Below, one piece after another: positions 36,980-47,400 of a stretch of DNA of 64,000 nucleotides. The notes below the pieces were generated by a model. That model saw nothing but the letters and a program-made list of their open reading frames with translations. It was not told where the DNA came from and ran no database searches. The translations under genes and the position numbers were made by a program. The number at the start of each line of letters is the position of its first letter. Position 1 is the first letter of the stretch. The DNA lies in IMG/VR virus record IMGVR_UViG_3300031787_000058. One strand, 5' to 3'. This stretch comes from an uncultured virus (IMG/VR IMGVR_UViG_3300031787_000058). Its lineage: Duplodnaviria > Heunggongvirae > Uroviricota > Caudoviricetes.

Positions 36980-37471
36980 ATGAGTGCAGATTTGACAGGC
37001 TTCGACGCGAGCACGATCCCAGAGCAGCAGGAGTTCACCGCGCTGCCCGAGGGCCAGTACGTGATGATCGCAACCGGCTCGGAGTGGAAAGTCACCAAGG
37101 CCGGTACCGGCCAGTACCTTCAGTTCGTGTTCGAGGTCTTGGACGGCCCATTCAAGGGGCGCAAGGTCTGGGCGCGGCTGAACCTTCAGAACCCGAACCA
37201 GACGGCGGTGGACATCGCGCAGCGTGAACTCGCGGCGTTCTGCCGCGCCGTTGGCGTGATCAAGCCCGCCAACTCGGCCGAACTTCACAACAAGCCCTTC
37301 ATGGCGACTATCGGCATCGAGGTCGATGACCGCAAGCGCGAGAGCAACAGTGTGAAGAAGTACGAGGCCGTCGGCGGCGTCGCCCAGGCCCCGGCGTTCG
37401 CGCCCGCTGCAAGCGCGCCGCAGGCTGCGCCGAAGCCCGCTGGCGCTGTCTCACCGCCCTGGAAGAAGTGA
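36980..37471 (+). CDS. DUF669-like ssDNA-binding protein
   Basis: LP.G.Y...K.G.G.YL...F....GRK.W..LNL; PPW tail. Confidence 0.85.
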   Translation: MSADLTGFDASTIPEQQEFTALPEGQYVMIATGSEWKVTKAGTGQYLQFVFEVLDGPFKGRKVWARLNLQNPNQTAVDIAQRELAAFCRAVGVIKPANSAELHNKPFMATIGIEVDDRKRESNSVKKYEAVGGVAQAPAFAPAASAPQAAPKPAGAVSPPWKK

Positions 37472-37480
37472 GATCGAACC

Positions 37481-37699
37481 ATGAGCCAGTTCGATCCGAA
37501 CAGCGTGAATATCGTCTTCACGCTGAACTTTGCCCAGGTGAACCTGATCCTCGAGGGCCTTGGGGAGTTGCCGGTCAAGCGGGCCGGTGACTTCCATGCG
37601 GCCCTGCGGTCTGCGGCCCTGCAGCAGATCCAAGCGGCCGAGGCGAAGGCTAACGAGCCCGCCTTGCCCGAGGTTGTCCACGAAGCACAGCCGGACTGA
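37481..37699 (+). CDS. Small protein resembling the tail-region 53/63-aa family
   Basis: FTL...QVNLIL.GL.ELP......A.QQ pattern. Confidence 0.65.
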   Translation: MSQFDPNSVNIVFTLNFAQVNLILEGLGELPVKRAGDFHAALRSAALQQIQAAEAKANEPALPEVVHEAQPD

Positions 37700-37787
37700 C
37701 TCCCCGGTTGATCGCCCCGAACGCGGGGGTGTGCTGAAAGCGTGACGGCCCGGAGAGACGGGCATCTTCACTACAGGAGCGACCGAC

Positions 37788-38093
37788 GTGAAATACCACG
37801 AGACAGTACGGCAGATGCTCGATCACTACGCGCAGAGCCCAAACAGCCAGAACGAGGATCTTGCCGAAATCGTTGACGCCCTTGGTCGCGGTTTGGCAGC
37901 AGTTCTTGGCAGCCTGAAAACCAAGAGAGACGTGAACATTGCCCTCGAGGCCGTGTTTATCGCCATTCGTCAATCCGCCATCGCGGCGCATTCCATCAGC
38001 GAAGTGATCACGCGCCTTGAGCCGAATGCGCAAGTCATGACCGCGGAGGATTTCCTGCGCGATCATTTCAAACCGGAGAAGCCGAATGGCTGA
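37788..38093 (+). CDS. Hypothetical protein
   Basis: AGGAG SD and GTG start. Confidence 0.6.
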   Translation: MKYHETVRQMLDHYAQSPNSQNEDLAEIVDALGRGLAAVLGSLKTKRDVNIALEAVFIAIRQSAIAAHSISEVITRLEPNAQVMTAEDFLRDHFKPEKPNG

Positions 38094-39171
38094 CATCAGC
38101 GCGCACATAGATCCGATCGTCGCCTCGATCTACGAGCAGTACGAAAAGCGCGGCGGCAGCGAGAAGGCTCGCAATTACCTGGGCGCGTCCGTGATCGGGC
38201 GCGAGTGCAAGCGCGCCTTGTGGTACGGATTCCGTTGGGCAGACAAGGAGCGGTTCGATGGCCGCACCCTGCGCCTGTTCCAGACCGGGCACATGGCCGA
38301 GCCGAGATTCACTGCGGATCTGCGCGCGATCGGCGTCAAGGTTCACGACGTGGACCCGGCCACCGGCAAGCAGTTCGGCTTCGAGAGTCATGGCGGCCAC
38401 ATGAAGGGCCACATGGACGGCTGCGCAACCAACATTCCGCAGGGCGGCCACAAGTGGCACGTCCTCGAGTTCAAGACCCACGGCACCAAGTCGTTCACGG
38501 AGCTGAAGAAGAACGGCGTTCGCAAAGCGAAGCCCGAACACTTCATCCAGATGAACTGGTACATGGGCAAGAGCGGTATGGACCGCGCCTTGTACCTGGC
38601 GGTCAACAAGGACGACGAGAGCCTGTACTCCGAGCGCGTCGAGTTTGACCAGGTTGAATTTGAGCGCACCGAAGCCAAGGCTGAGTCGATCATCTTCGGG
38701 CCCCTGCCCCCGCCCAAGATCAGCGAAGATCCAAAGTATTACCTGTGCAACTGGTGTCCGTTCAATGCGGTGTGCCACGGCCACAAGGGTTTCGCCAAGT
38801 CGTGCCGGTCGTGCGTTCATGCCACACCGGAGCGTGAGGGCAATGCCAGATGGTCGTGCGCCTTCTACCGCGCCGAGGAGATCCCCCTCGAGGCGCAGCG
38901 GGCCGGGTGTGAGAACCACCTGACGCTGCCGTTCCTAGTCACGTACGCCGAGCCGATGGATGCCGGCGACGGATGGGTTCTCTTCAAGCGCAAGGACACG
39001 GGCGACGAGTTCGTGGTGGCGTCCGAGGTTACGGCGCCGCCCGGAGACCTTCCGGCCACGACGCCGATCTTCCGTAGCACGGAGATCGCGGCCGCGGTCG
39101 ATCACCGATCCGTCTGCAACCCCGAAGTGGAGGCGTTTCGTAACAAGTTCGGAGCGAAGGTAGTCGGATGA
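38086..39171 (+). CDS. PD-(D/E)xK exonuclease, Cas4/YqaJ-like
   Basis: YLGAS.IG..C.R.LWY; GH.DG; LEFKT; Q...YM; C.WC....C; CRSC.H. Confidence 0.88.
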   Translation: MADISAHIDPIVASIYEQYEKRGGSEKARNYLGASVIGRECKRALWYGFRWADKERFDGRTLRLFQTGHMAEPRFTADLRAIGVKVHDVDPATGKQFGFESHGGHMKGHMDGCATNIPQGGHKWHVLEFKTHGTKSFTELKKNGVRKAKPEHFIQMNWYMGKSGMDRALYLAVNKDDESLYSERVEFDQVEFERTEAKAESIIFGPLPPPKISEDPKYYLCNWCPFNAVCHGHKGFAKSCRSCVHATPEREGNARWSCAFYRAEEIPLEAQRAGCENHLTLPFLVTYAEPMDAGDGWVLFKRKDTGDEFVVASEVTAPPGDLPATTPIFRSTEIAAAVDHRSVCNPEVEAFRNKFGAKVVG

Positions 39172-40811
39172 TCGAGTTGCGCCAATACCAGAAGGAGGCC
39201 GTTCAGGCGATCTATGACTACTTCGAGCACGAGACGGGAAACCCCTTGATCGTGCTGCCGACGGGCGCTGGCAAATCTTTGACGATGGCCGCGTTCATCA
39301 AGGATGCCTTCGATCGCTACGGCGACGTTCGCATCATCCTGCTGACGCACGTCAAGGAGCTGATCGACCAGGACGCCAAGGCGATCGTGCGCTACTGGCC
39401 CGAGGCGCCAATCGGGATCTGGTCGGCTGGCCTCAATCAGAAAGCCAAAGACTTGATCACGGTCGCGGGCATCCAGTCGATCCACCGACTGCCAGCCACG
39501 TTTGCCGGCACCGAGCTAGTGATCATCGACGAGGCTCATCTGCTCTCGAAGAAGAGTGACACCATGTACGGCCGCTTCCTGAAGGGGCTGCGCGCCTACA
39601 ACCCGGCACTGAAGGTGATCGGGCTCACGGCTACTCCATTTCGGATGGATTCCGGCGTATTGACCGACGGCGCCGACCGGGTATTCACCGACATCGCCTA
39701 CGAGGCCAACGTCGGCGATCTCATCAAGCAGGGCTATCTCTGCCCGCTTACCGCCAAGGGCGGCGTGACGAAGGCCGACCTGTCGCGGGTGGCTACTCGA
39801 GGCGGCGAGTTCGTGGCGTCTGATCTTCAGTCGGCCATGGACCGCGCCGACCTGATACACGGCGCGCTCGATGAGATCACCCAATACGCGCACGACCGCA
39901 AGCACATCCTTGGCTTCTGCGCTGGCGTCGATCATGCCAGACACGCGGCAGAGATTGCCCAAGGCCGCGGCTGGTCGGCAGACTACGTGACCGGTGACAT
40001 GGCGGCCGGCGAGCGTGACGCCAAGATCAAGGACTTCAAGGACGGCAAGACCCGGATGCTGTTCAACGCGATGTTGCTTACGACTGGGTTCGACGCTCCC
40101 CACATCGACTGCATCGTGATGCTGCGCCCGACGAAGAGCACGGGCCTGTACGTGCAGATCATGGGCCGCGGGCTGCGCCTGCACCCTAACAAGCAGAACA
40201 CGCTGGTCCTCGACTTTGCCGGCAACATCGAGCGGCACGGGCCGATCGACCAGATCCGCGTCAAGGGCTCGAAGGGCGGCGGCGAGGGCGTGAGTGTAGC
40301 GCCGGCCAAAGAGTGCCCGTCCTGCCACGAGCTGATCTTCGCCTCGATCATGACGTGCCCGGCCTGCGGCTACGAGTGGCCCGTCAAGCCCAAGCACGGC
40401 ACCGAGGCCGCCGACGGCGTGATCGTGGCCGCGCTCGCCGAGCCCAAGTGGTACACGGTCGATCGTGTCGAGTACCGGCGACACCAGAAGGCCATGCGCC
40501 CGGACTCGCTGCGCGTGACGTACTGGTGCGGGCCCACGTCGTTCGATGAGTGGATCCCGATTGAGGACGAGCGATCGGGCGTGAAGAAGCACGCGGTCTC
40601 GTGGTTCTGGGCGCGTGGCGCCATGTGCCCGGCGACCGTCACCGAGGCCCTGGCCGTCCTCGAGGAGAAGAAGATCCCGGCGCCAGACCGCATCCGCGTC
40701 ATGCGCGACGGGAAGTATTGGCGCGTGATCCAGACCGAGATGGGATCACGTCGTCTCGACGTGTCCGAGGTTGTCCATCCGATTGATCTAAGGCTGCTGC
40801 AAACCGCATGA
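39168..40811 (+). CDS. SF2 DEAH helicase (RadD/YejH-like) with zinc finger
   Basis: LR.YQ; PTGAGKS; DEAH; TATP; TGFDAP; Q..GRGLR; CPSC/CPAC. Confidence 0.92.
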   Translation: MIELRQYQKEAVQAIYDYFEHETGNPLIVLPTGAGKSLTMAAFIKDAFDRYGDVRIILLTHVKELIDQDAKAIVRYWPEAPIGIWSAGLNQKAKDLITVAGIQSIHRLPATFAGTELVIIDEAHLLSKKSDTMYGRFLKGLRAYNPALKVIGLTATPFRMDSGVLTDGADRVFTDIAYEANVGDLIKQGYLCPLTAKGGVTKADLSRVATRGGEFVASDLQSAMDRADLIHGALDEITQYAHDRKHILGFCAGVDHARHAAEIAQGRGWSADYVTGDMAAGERDAKIKDFKDGKTRMLFNAMLLTTGFDAPHIDCIVMLRPTKSTGLYVQIMGRGLRLHPNKQNTLVLDFAGNIERHGPIDQIRVKGSKGGGEGVSVAPAKECPSCHELIFASIMTCPACGYEWPVKPKHGTEAADGVIVAALAEPKWYTVDRVEYRRHQKAMRPDSLRVTYWCGPTSFDEWIPIEDERSGVKKHAVSWFWARGAMCPATVTEALAVLEEKKIPAPDRIRVMRDGKYWRVIQTEMGSRRLDVSEVVHPIDLRLLQTA

Positions 40812-41023
40812 GCAAGGTCTACATGAGAACGAAAGCTGAAATCGCCGCGCGCATCGAGCACCTGAAGGCCGAGATCCGTTTTCTCGAGACGATGGATACC
40901 GGCTGCCGGACGTGCGTCCACTTCCACAGCGGCGGCTGCATCCTCGCCAACGGCCAGGAGCCGCCCGTCGAGGTCATCAAGACCGGCTGCGACTCGTACG
41001 AGTACGACGACATTCCGTTCTGA
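40808..41023 (+). CDS. Small Cys-rich protein
   Basis: C.TC.HF...C...GC...DDIPF. Confidence 0.75.
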   Translation: MSKVYMRTKAEIAARIEHLKAEIRFLETMDTGCRTCVHFHSGGCILANGQEPPVEVIKTGCDSYEYDDIPF

Positions 41024-41024
41024 C

Positions 41025-41447
41025 GTGATCCTGCCGCGACTGATCCGCTTCCGGGACGCGCCCGCGTACCTGGGGATGGATCGCAACCGCTTCAACGCCG
41101 AGGTCAGGCCGCTCGTCCGAGAAGTCCCCATGGGCGTGCAGGGCGTGGCCTTCGATCGCCTTGACCTTGACGCTTGGGCCGACGAATATGTGAACCGGAA
41201 TGGTCGTGCCCCGATCCAGTTTCGCCGCGGTCTCCGCGCAGAATCAGTCCGTTGCCGAATCCCTGCGTGCGCTTTTGGCGCAGGCAGAGCAGAAGTGGCT
41301 GGCGTGTATTGGCGGGGTTTACGCGGACGTAGACCCTCTGCTCACGACGGCTCTCGTCCTTTGATCCGCGCCTCGATGTCGTTGGCGTACGACGACACGC
41401 GCTTGCCGTTGCCGTCTCGGAAGTCACGCTTCCACGGCTCGCCTTGA
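41025..41447 (+). CDS. Excisionase-like DNA-binding protein with a probably non-native C-terminal extension
   Basis: PR.IR.RDAP.YLGM....F..EVRP...G..GV.FDRLDLDAW; tail overlaps the 3' end of the giant gene. Confidence 0.65.
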   Translation: MILPRLIRFRDAPAYLGMDRNRFNAEVRPLVREVPMGVQGVAFDRLDLDAWADEYVNRNGRAPIQFRRGLRAESVRCRIPACAFGAGRAEVAGVYWRGLRGRRPSAHDGSRPLIRASMSLAYDDTRLPLPSRKSRFHGSP

Positions 41448-44400
41448 CCGCGGTTCACGTTGCCCTCGCCCGAGAAGTAGCCGACCGCGATCTTTGCCGG
41501 GTCGTTGCCGAATTTGTCGGCGAGGTCTTTGATGTACCGCGCTCCCACCCGGATGTTGTCGGCCGGGTTGTCGATCCGCTCACCCGGCTTGGCATACGCC
41601 CGGAACGTGCTCGGGATCAGCTGCATACTGCCCTGCGCGCCGTCGGTGCTCGTCCGGGTGTCGCGCCCGCCGCTCGACTCCTGGTCGCGGATCGCCTTGA
41701 TGACCGGGAGTAGGTGCGCCGCGCCTTCCTCGGCCACCAATTGGGCCAGCGCCGTGCCCAGACCCGCCTCGGTCGGCGGCTTCCGGCCAGCGGGCACGCT
41801 GTCGAGGCCCGCGGAGGGGCGCACGGAGGGCCGCGCAGGGGCGTTCTGGGTCGTGGGGGCGGCCTTAGCAGGGGCCGCTTCCTCGAGGCCCTGACGAACG
41901 CGCTCGCGCATCTCCCGGGGCGCCTGCTTGATCATGCGGCCGTCGCGCTCGGCGGCCATGCCACGGGCCCGATCCCGGATCTGGTTCGGGGTAATGACGA
42001 TCGGGGTGTCCGTGTTCTTGGCGTTCCACGAGTCGAGTTTTGCAGACGCCTCGGCGATCGCCGCCTGGTCGCCGTCCAGCACGCCGCGGGCCCACTTGTC
42101 CACGATGCTCGACTCGACGCGCTTCTGTAGAGCGATGTCCTGGTAGACCGGGCCGACCTTGCGCTGCTGGCGGGCGACGGCAGTCGGCTGGAATCCGATC
42201 GCCTTCGAGGCGACATCCAACCCATCCACATCCGTGATCTTGCGGCCGCGGGTGTCGGTGGCGTATCCCTTGGCGCCCCACTCGGCGGCCGTGGCGATGT
42301 CCTTGGCGAACTTGGGCAGCGCGTTTTGCACCGCCTTGCCACCCTTGCCCTCGAACCCTGCATCGATGGCGTCCGCGATCTGGGTCGCGGCGCCCGCGCT
42401 CGGTCCAAGGATCTCCGCGAACTCGCGGGTGCGCATGTTTTCGTTCGACGGCTTGAGCAAACCGGTGCCCGGGATGAGGTTGCCGAGCCCAAGGCGCCCG
42501 TGCCAGTCCATCGGAAGCATCGAGGACAGCCCGTAGAGCATGAAGTCGCCGAGCTGCTCGCCGAAGATCTCGTAGGCCGCCCGGCGCTTGGCTCGAACCA
42601 TGTTGGTGTCGAAGCCGAGCATCTGGCCAAGCGTGTCGATGAGGTCGTTGAGATCCTGCGCGAACGGCAGGCCCTCTTCGCCAGCGAGCAACATCAAGAT
42701 TCCGAGCATGAAGAGAGCCGCGCGCTTACCTTCCGGCCCGCCCTTCTTCACCATGCGGGCGAACATCTCCATGTACATGATGGAGAACTGCTTGAAGGTC
42801 AGGATCACGCGACCAGCCGGGTTGCGCGCCCAGTTCGGGCGGTTGGCCTTGCTGTAGATACCCTGCGTCTCGTTGACCGCGCGCACCGCGAAGGCGTACG
42901 GGTTCTGGCCGCCGCTTTCGCGGGCGATCTCGTAGGCTGCGACGAAGGCAACCTTGCGGTTGAACTTCTCGGCCAGCGAGAACATGGACCCGAGCAGGGT
43001 CAGAAAGCCGTTCATCCTCACGCGAGCCTGCTCGCCCGCGCCGACAATGTTTCCGAGCCTGGTAGCGACACCCTGCGCACCGACGCTGTACAGGTGGAAG
43101 ATCTCCTGCGCGTCCACGATGCCTTCCTGGCTCGCGCGCTTGAGGGCCGCGCGAAGGTCGGGGTCCGGCTCACGCTTGCCGAGCGAAACGGACATAGCCT
43201 TCGAGAAAGCCTTGGCGGCATCGCTACCGGAGGCGAACTGCGACAGGTACGGAACCGTTGTGGTGACGGTCTGGGTCGTGTTGACCGCGGCCGCCGCGAC
43301 CGAGCCCGTGAGGAACCAGGTGAACATCAGCGACGAGATTTCGGCGCCACCGTCCGACGGGTTCATGACGAACTGCTTGAGCTTGATCGCCTCGTCGCGC
43401 ACGTCGCCCTTCTCCTTCTTGGAGATGCGGGAGATCGCGCGATCCAGTTCCTTCATGAAGTAACGCTGCGAGGCGTAGCGGGCGTTCGAGGTGATGAAGT
43501 TGGACAGCACGCGCGGCAGTTCCCGGCTGTATCCCGGGGTGCCCTTGCGCTCGAGGCGGCGCTTGAGGGCCGACCGCTCGCTCATCACGTTCTCGATGTA
43601 GTTCTTCATCGCCGCTTCCTCGCCGATCGTCTCGGCGAAAATGGCGATCGTCTCCGGCGAGATACCGGAGTACATCTCGTGCGACTTCTCAGAGACCGGC
43701 GCGGCCGTGATCTCGATGTCCGACTGGCCCGCATACTGCCGCTCGAGTTCGGCGCGCATGGCCTTGGCCTCGCTCTCCGACTCGTACCGGCCGAAGAACA
43801 GGGTGGAATCGCCGTCGTCGCCACGATCCGGCAGGCCCGTCACCGGGTCGATACGGGTCACGGTCACGGCGAACTTGCCGAAGCGCATCAGCGGCGCGTA
43901 GCCGGCCTCCTTCAGGCGCTTGGCAATGCCAAACACCTTCAGCACCTTCTCGCGGGTGTCCTCGAGGGACTTGATCTCGGCCTTGATCTCTTCCTGCGCC
44001 GCGTCGTTCTGCGCCAGCATCGCTTGGGAGAGCGTCTGGTTCAGCACGCGCAGGCGCCGGTCGATCGCGCCGAAGATGGTCGGCCGTGCCCGGCTCACAT
44101 CGTCAAGAATTTGACGCCTGGCTTCCCGCGGCATCATGTCCTGGGCTACCGCGTACGCCTCGGCGGCCGCGAGCTCGTCGATGCTGGCATCGATCGCCGC
44201 GCGGGCCTGCTGATACAGGGCCCAGGCCGCTTGGCTCGCGCCCTCGCGCGCCATGAACTCGGCCTCTGTCCAAACCGTGCCGTCCATGACGGTATCGCCC
44301 GCCAGGGTGCCGGCGAAGATCGCATCGGCGGCCGCCTTGATGTCGCGCTGCGACTGGCCCGGGCCGAATGCCGTGGCGAATGCGGAGCGCACGTCCTCGG

Positions 44401-47400
44401 CCTTGGGCAGGATGCCAGGCGCCAACTCGGCCGGGCGGATCGAGGTCAGCGACACCGCGTTCAGGATGGCGTTCGTCAGTGCGAACACCTTACCGAAGTC
44501 ACCGTCCTTGAGTGCCTTGTGGTACTGGGTTGCCAGCGACTTGTCGTAGGCGTTGAAGTTCTTGATCGTGCCACGGCGGTTGGCCCAGAACTGAACGATG
44601 TTGTTGCGGACGCGCCGCATGTTCTCGACCGACGTGGGCCGCTCACCGGCCGCGGTTGGTGCGCCCAGGTTGGCGCCCGCGATCTCTTCGCTGATGGCGA
44701 CGCTATCCGGGCCGTTCTGAAGCAGCTGCATACCGGGCACGAACTTGCCGTCGCCCTTGATGACCGCCTTCAGGCCCTTGATGACCGGGGCATCGGAGCG
44801 CAGGCCGAAAGCGCCCTTGGCGCGCTCGATGAACTCCTTGAGCCACTGAATCGCCCGCTTGACCCACGACTGATCGGCCATGAACCGATCGTCCATGATG
44901 CGGGCGCCGTTGACCGCCCAGAACTCCGACGGGCTGTAGAACGCATAGTCGGTGCCGAACTCGAGCACACGATTCTGGAACGCCTTGACGACGCGCTGCT
45001 TGGCCTCGGCATCGCCCATGCTGGCCTTCAGCATGTCGGCCATGGCCTGCTTGCGCTCCGGGCTGGCCGCGCGGAAGGCGGCAAGCCACTGCTTCTCCCA
45101 CTCCTTGCGAATGCCCATCTGAACATCGAGCGGCATCATGCGTTCGGTGTGGTGCAGAATCTCGTGAACGGCGCTGTCGCCCTCGGTCTCGCCCTTGAAC
45201 AGGGTGAAGACCTTTTCCGCGGGGTTGTAGTTGGCCGCGGCAGTCCCGTTCGCGGCGGTTGTGCGGACGCTGATTCCAAGCTGCTCGGCAACGGCCGGGT
45301 TCTGGTCGATCAGCCACTCGGCGAAATCGGCTTCCTTGGCCGGGATCACCCCGTCCGCGACCGCTTTGCGCATCCGGGACTTGATCCAGTCCCCGCCGCG
45401 GCGCCGTGCCGACATCACATCCCGGTAGGCGCGCTCGTCGCGCTGATCGCGCATACTGGCGATCACTTCCTTGACGGCCAACTGGAACTCGGCGTCCGTG
45501 ATCTTGCCTTCGTCGAGACGGGCTTGCGCCTTCTCGAGGCGGCGCAGACCGTCGGCGCGGACCTTGGGTGCAACGTCGGCGAACGCCCCAGCAGGCGAGC
45601 GCGAGACGTTCTCGAGCAGGCTGCGCGACATGTTCTCTACCGGGCCCGTGGCCTTCGGTGCGAGCAGCTTGCGCGCCTGGTCGAGGTAGTTCTGGACCGT
45701 GAGCGTCACGTCATCCTTGGCCAGCACGACATCGAGAACCTTGCGCAGCCTGTCGTTGCTGTCGCCGAACTGGACAGACATCTGGGCGCCGCTCTTGAAG
45801 AAGTCGCCCGTGACCTTGGTGATGTTCTGGTCGAGGAAGTAGTAGCCGCCCGTCTTCTTTGAACTCGGTACCACGATCGAGTAGTAACCGTTGCCCTTGT
45901 TGATGATGCGGAAGTTGCCGTCCGTCGAGGTAATGGCAGCGTTGCGGCCGATCTCGGTGAGGAACCGGATCGCGTTATCGGTCGTGTTAATCCGAACCGG
46001 GGCTTCCTTCTGCTCCTTCTCGAAGTCGAACTGGCGGTTCATCAGCACGCCTTGGCTGGTCGTGCCGTCCTTCTTCGTGTACTGGATGATCTGCCCGCGC
46101 CAGTTGGCGTAGCCGGCCAGGATGTTGCCGGTCACGATCCACCGCTTCTCGCGGCGCGCGGTCGAGCCCTTGTCGAACACGTCGTAGACCGTGCCGTACT
46201 CAGCCTTGCCGGTGTCGGTGTTGAAGTAGTTGATGCGGTTGACGTTCTGCAGCTCGTACGCGCTCCCGATCTGGGAGAAACTCAGCGTCAGCGACTTCGC
46301 ATCGCCGTTGGCGAGCGCAACTTGCATCTTCCAGTTCGACCCCGCGGCCGGGTTCTGGGTGCGGCCCGTGCTCAGGATGTCCGTGATCACGCCATACAGA
46401 AGCACGCCGTCCTTGTTCTTCACCTGGATCGAGTTGCCGATCTGGTAGGTGTCGAGCACGGTCATCGCGTGGTTCAGGATCGCGCCCAGGTTGTCCTTCT
46501 GCTGCTGCCGACGAACCGGGTCGGCCTCGGCGTCCTCGAGGCGCTTGTCGTTGGCGTCGATGAACGCCTGCCCGTCCTTGCGCAGATTGGTGATCTGCGC
46601 GCGGGAGATTTGCGCCGGGAGATTTGCGCCGTCCATGCCGCTGTCCTCGAGGCGCTTCATCACAAGCGCGCGAACTTCCTCGCTCGTGAACGGCTTTACA
46701 GTCCGCTTGACATCGACCTGTTCCATGTTGGCCTCGCGGGCGAACACGGAATTCTCTTCCTTGGCGTCGGTGATCGGCGTGACGGAGAGCGTCTCGGCGT
46801 CGAGATCGACGGCCTTGGCCTCGAGCTTGTTCGTGCCGAGGCTGTTCTCGCGCTCGATCAGGTCGTTGTAGCGGGCGATCAGTTCCTCGTAGATCGCTTC
46901 CTGCTGCTTGATCGGCAGGATCGGGACATAGCCCGTGAACTTGCGGATGTCGTCCTCGTTCGCATCCTCGGCCGGGTCATCGACCAGCGTGACGATCTTG
47001 TTGCCGCCGATCGACAGGTGAATCTCCGGGTTGTCGCGCAGGAATTCCTGCACGACCTGGCCGCCGTAGTCGTTCATGAAGTCCACGACGCCTTCGGCTG
47101 TGACGGCCGACTTGCGGGAGGCCGTGGTGTTGGCGTTGAGGGACGCCATCTTCTTCAGCAGGACCGCGGCCGGACGCTGCTCGGCCGGGATGTCGGCCAT
47201 CATCTGCGAGTACGCTGGCGCGACCACCTGGCCGGTGCGATGCACGCGGCCAAGCATCTGCATGTGCGTGTCGATGTTCTTCTCGGGCTGCACAATGATC
47301 ATGTGCCGCTTGCGCTGATCTTTGACCTTGCTCGAGGCGTGCAGCGACAGGCCCGTGGAGCCCGCCTGGTTCAGGATGAGAACATCGACCGCGCCGTTGT

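Noticed and set aside
38086..39171. Cas4-like nuclease as part of a CRISPR system
   Set aside because: No array or other cas genes; standard Sak4-SSB-exonuclease-helicase context
41210..41345. Possible tRNA or attP site
   Set aside because: No cloverleaf or identifiable core sequence could be supported by eye
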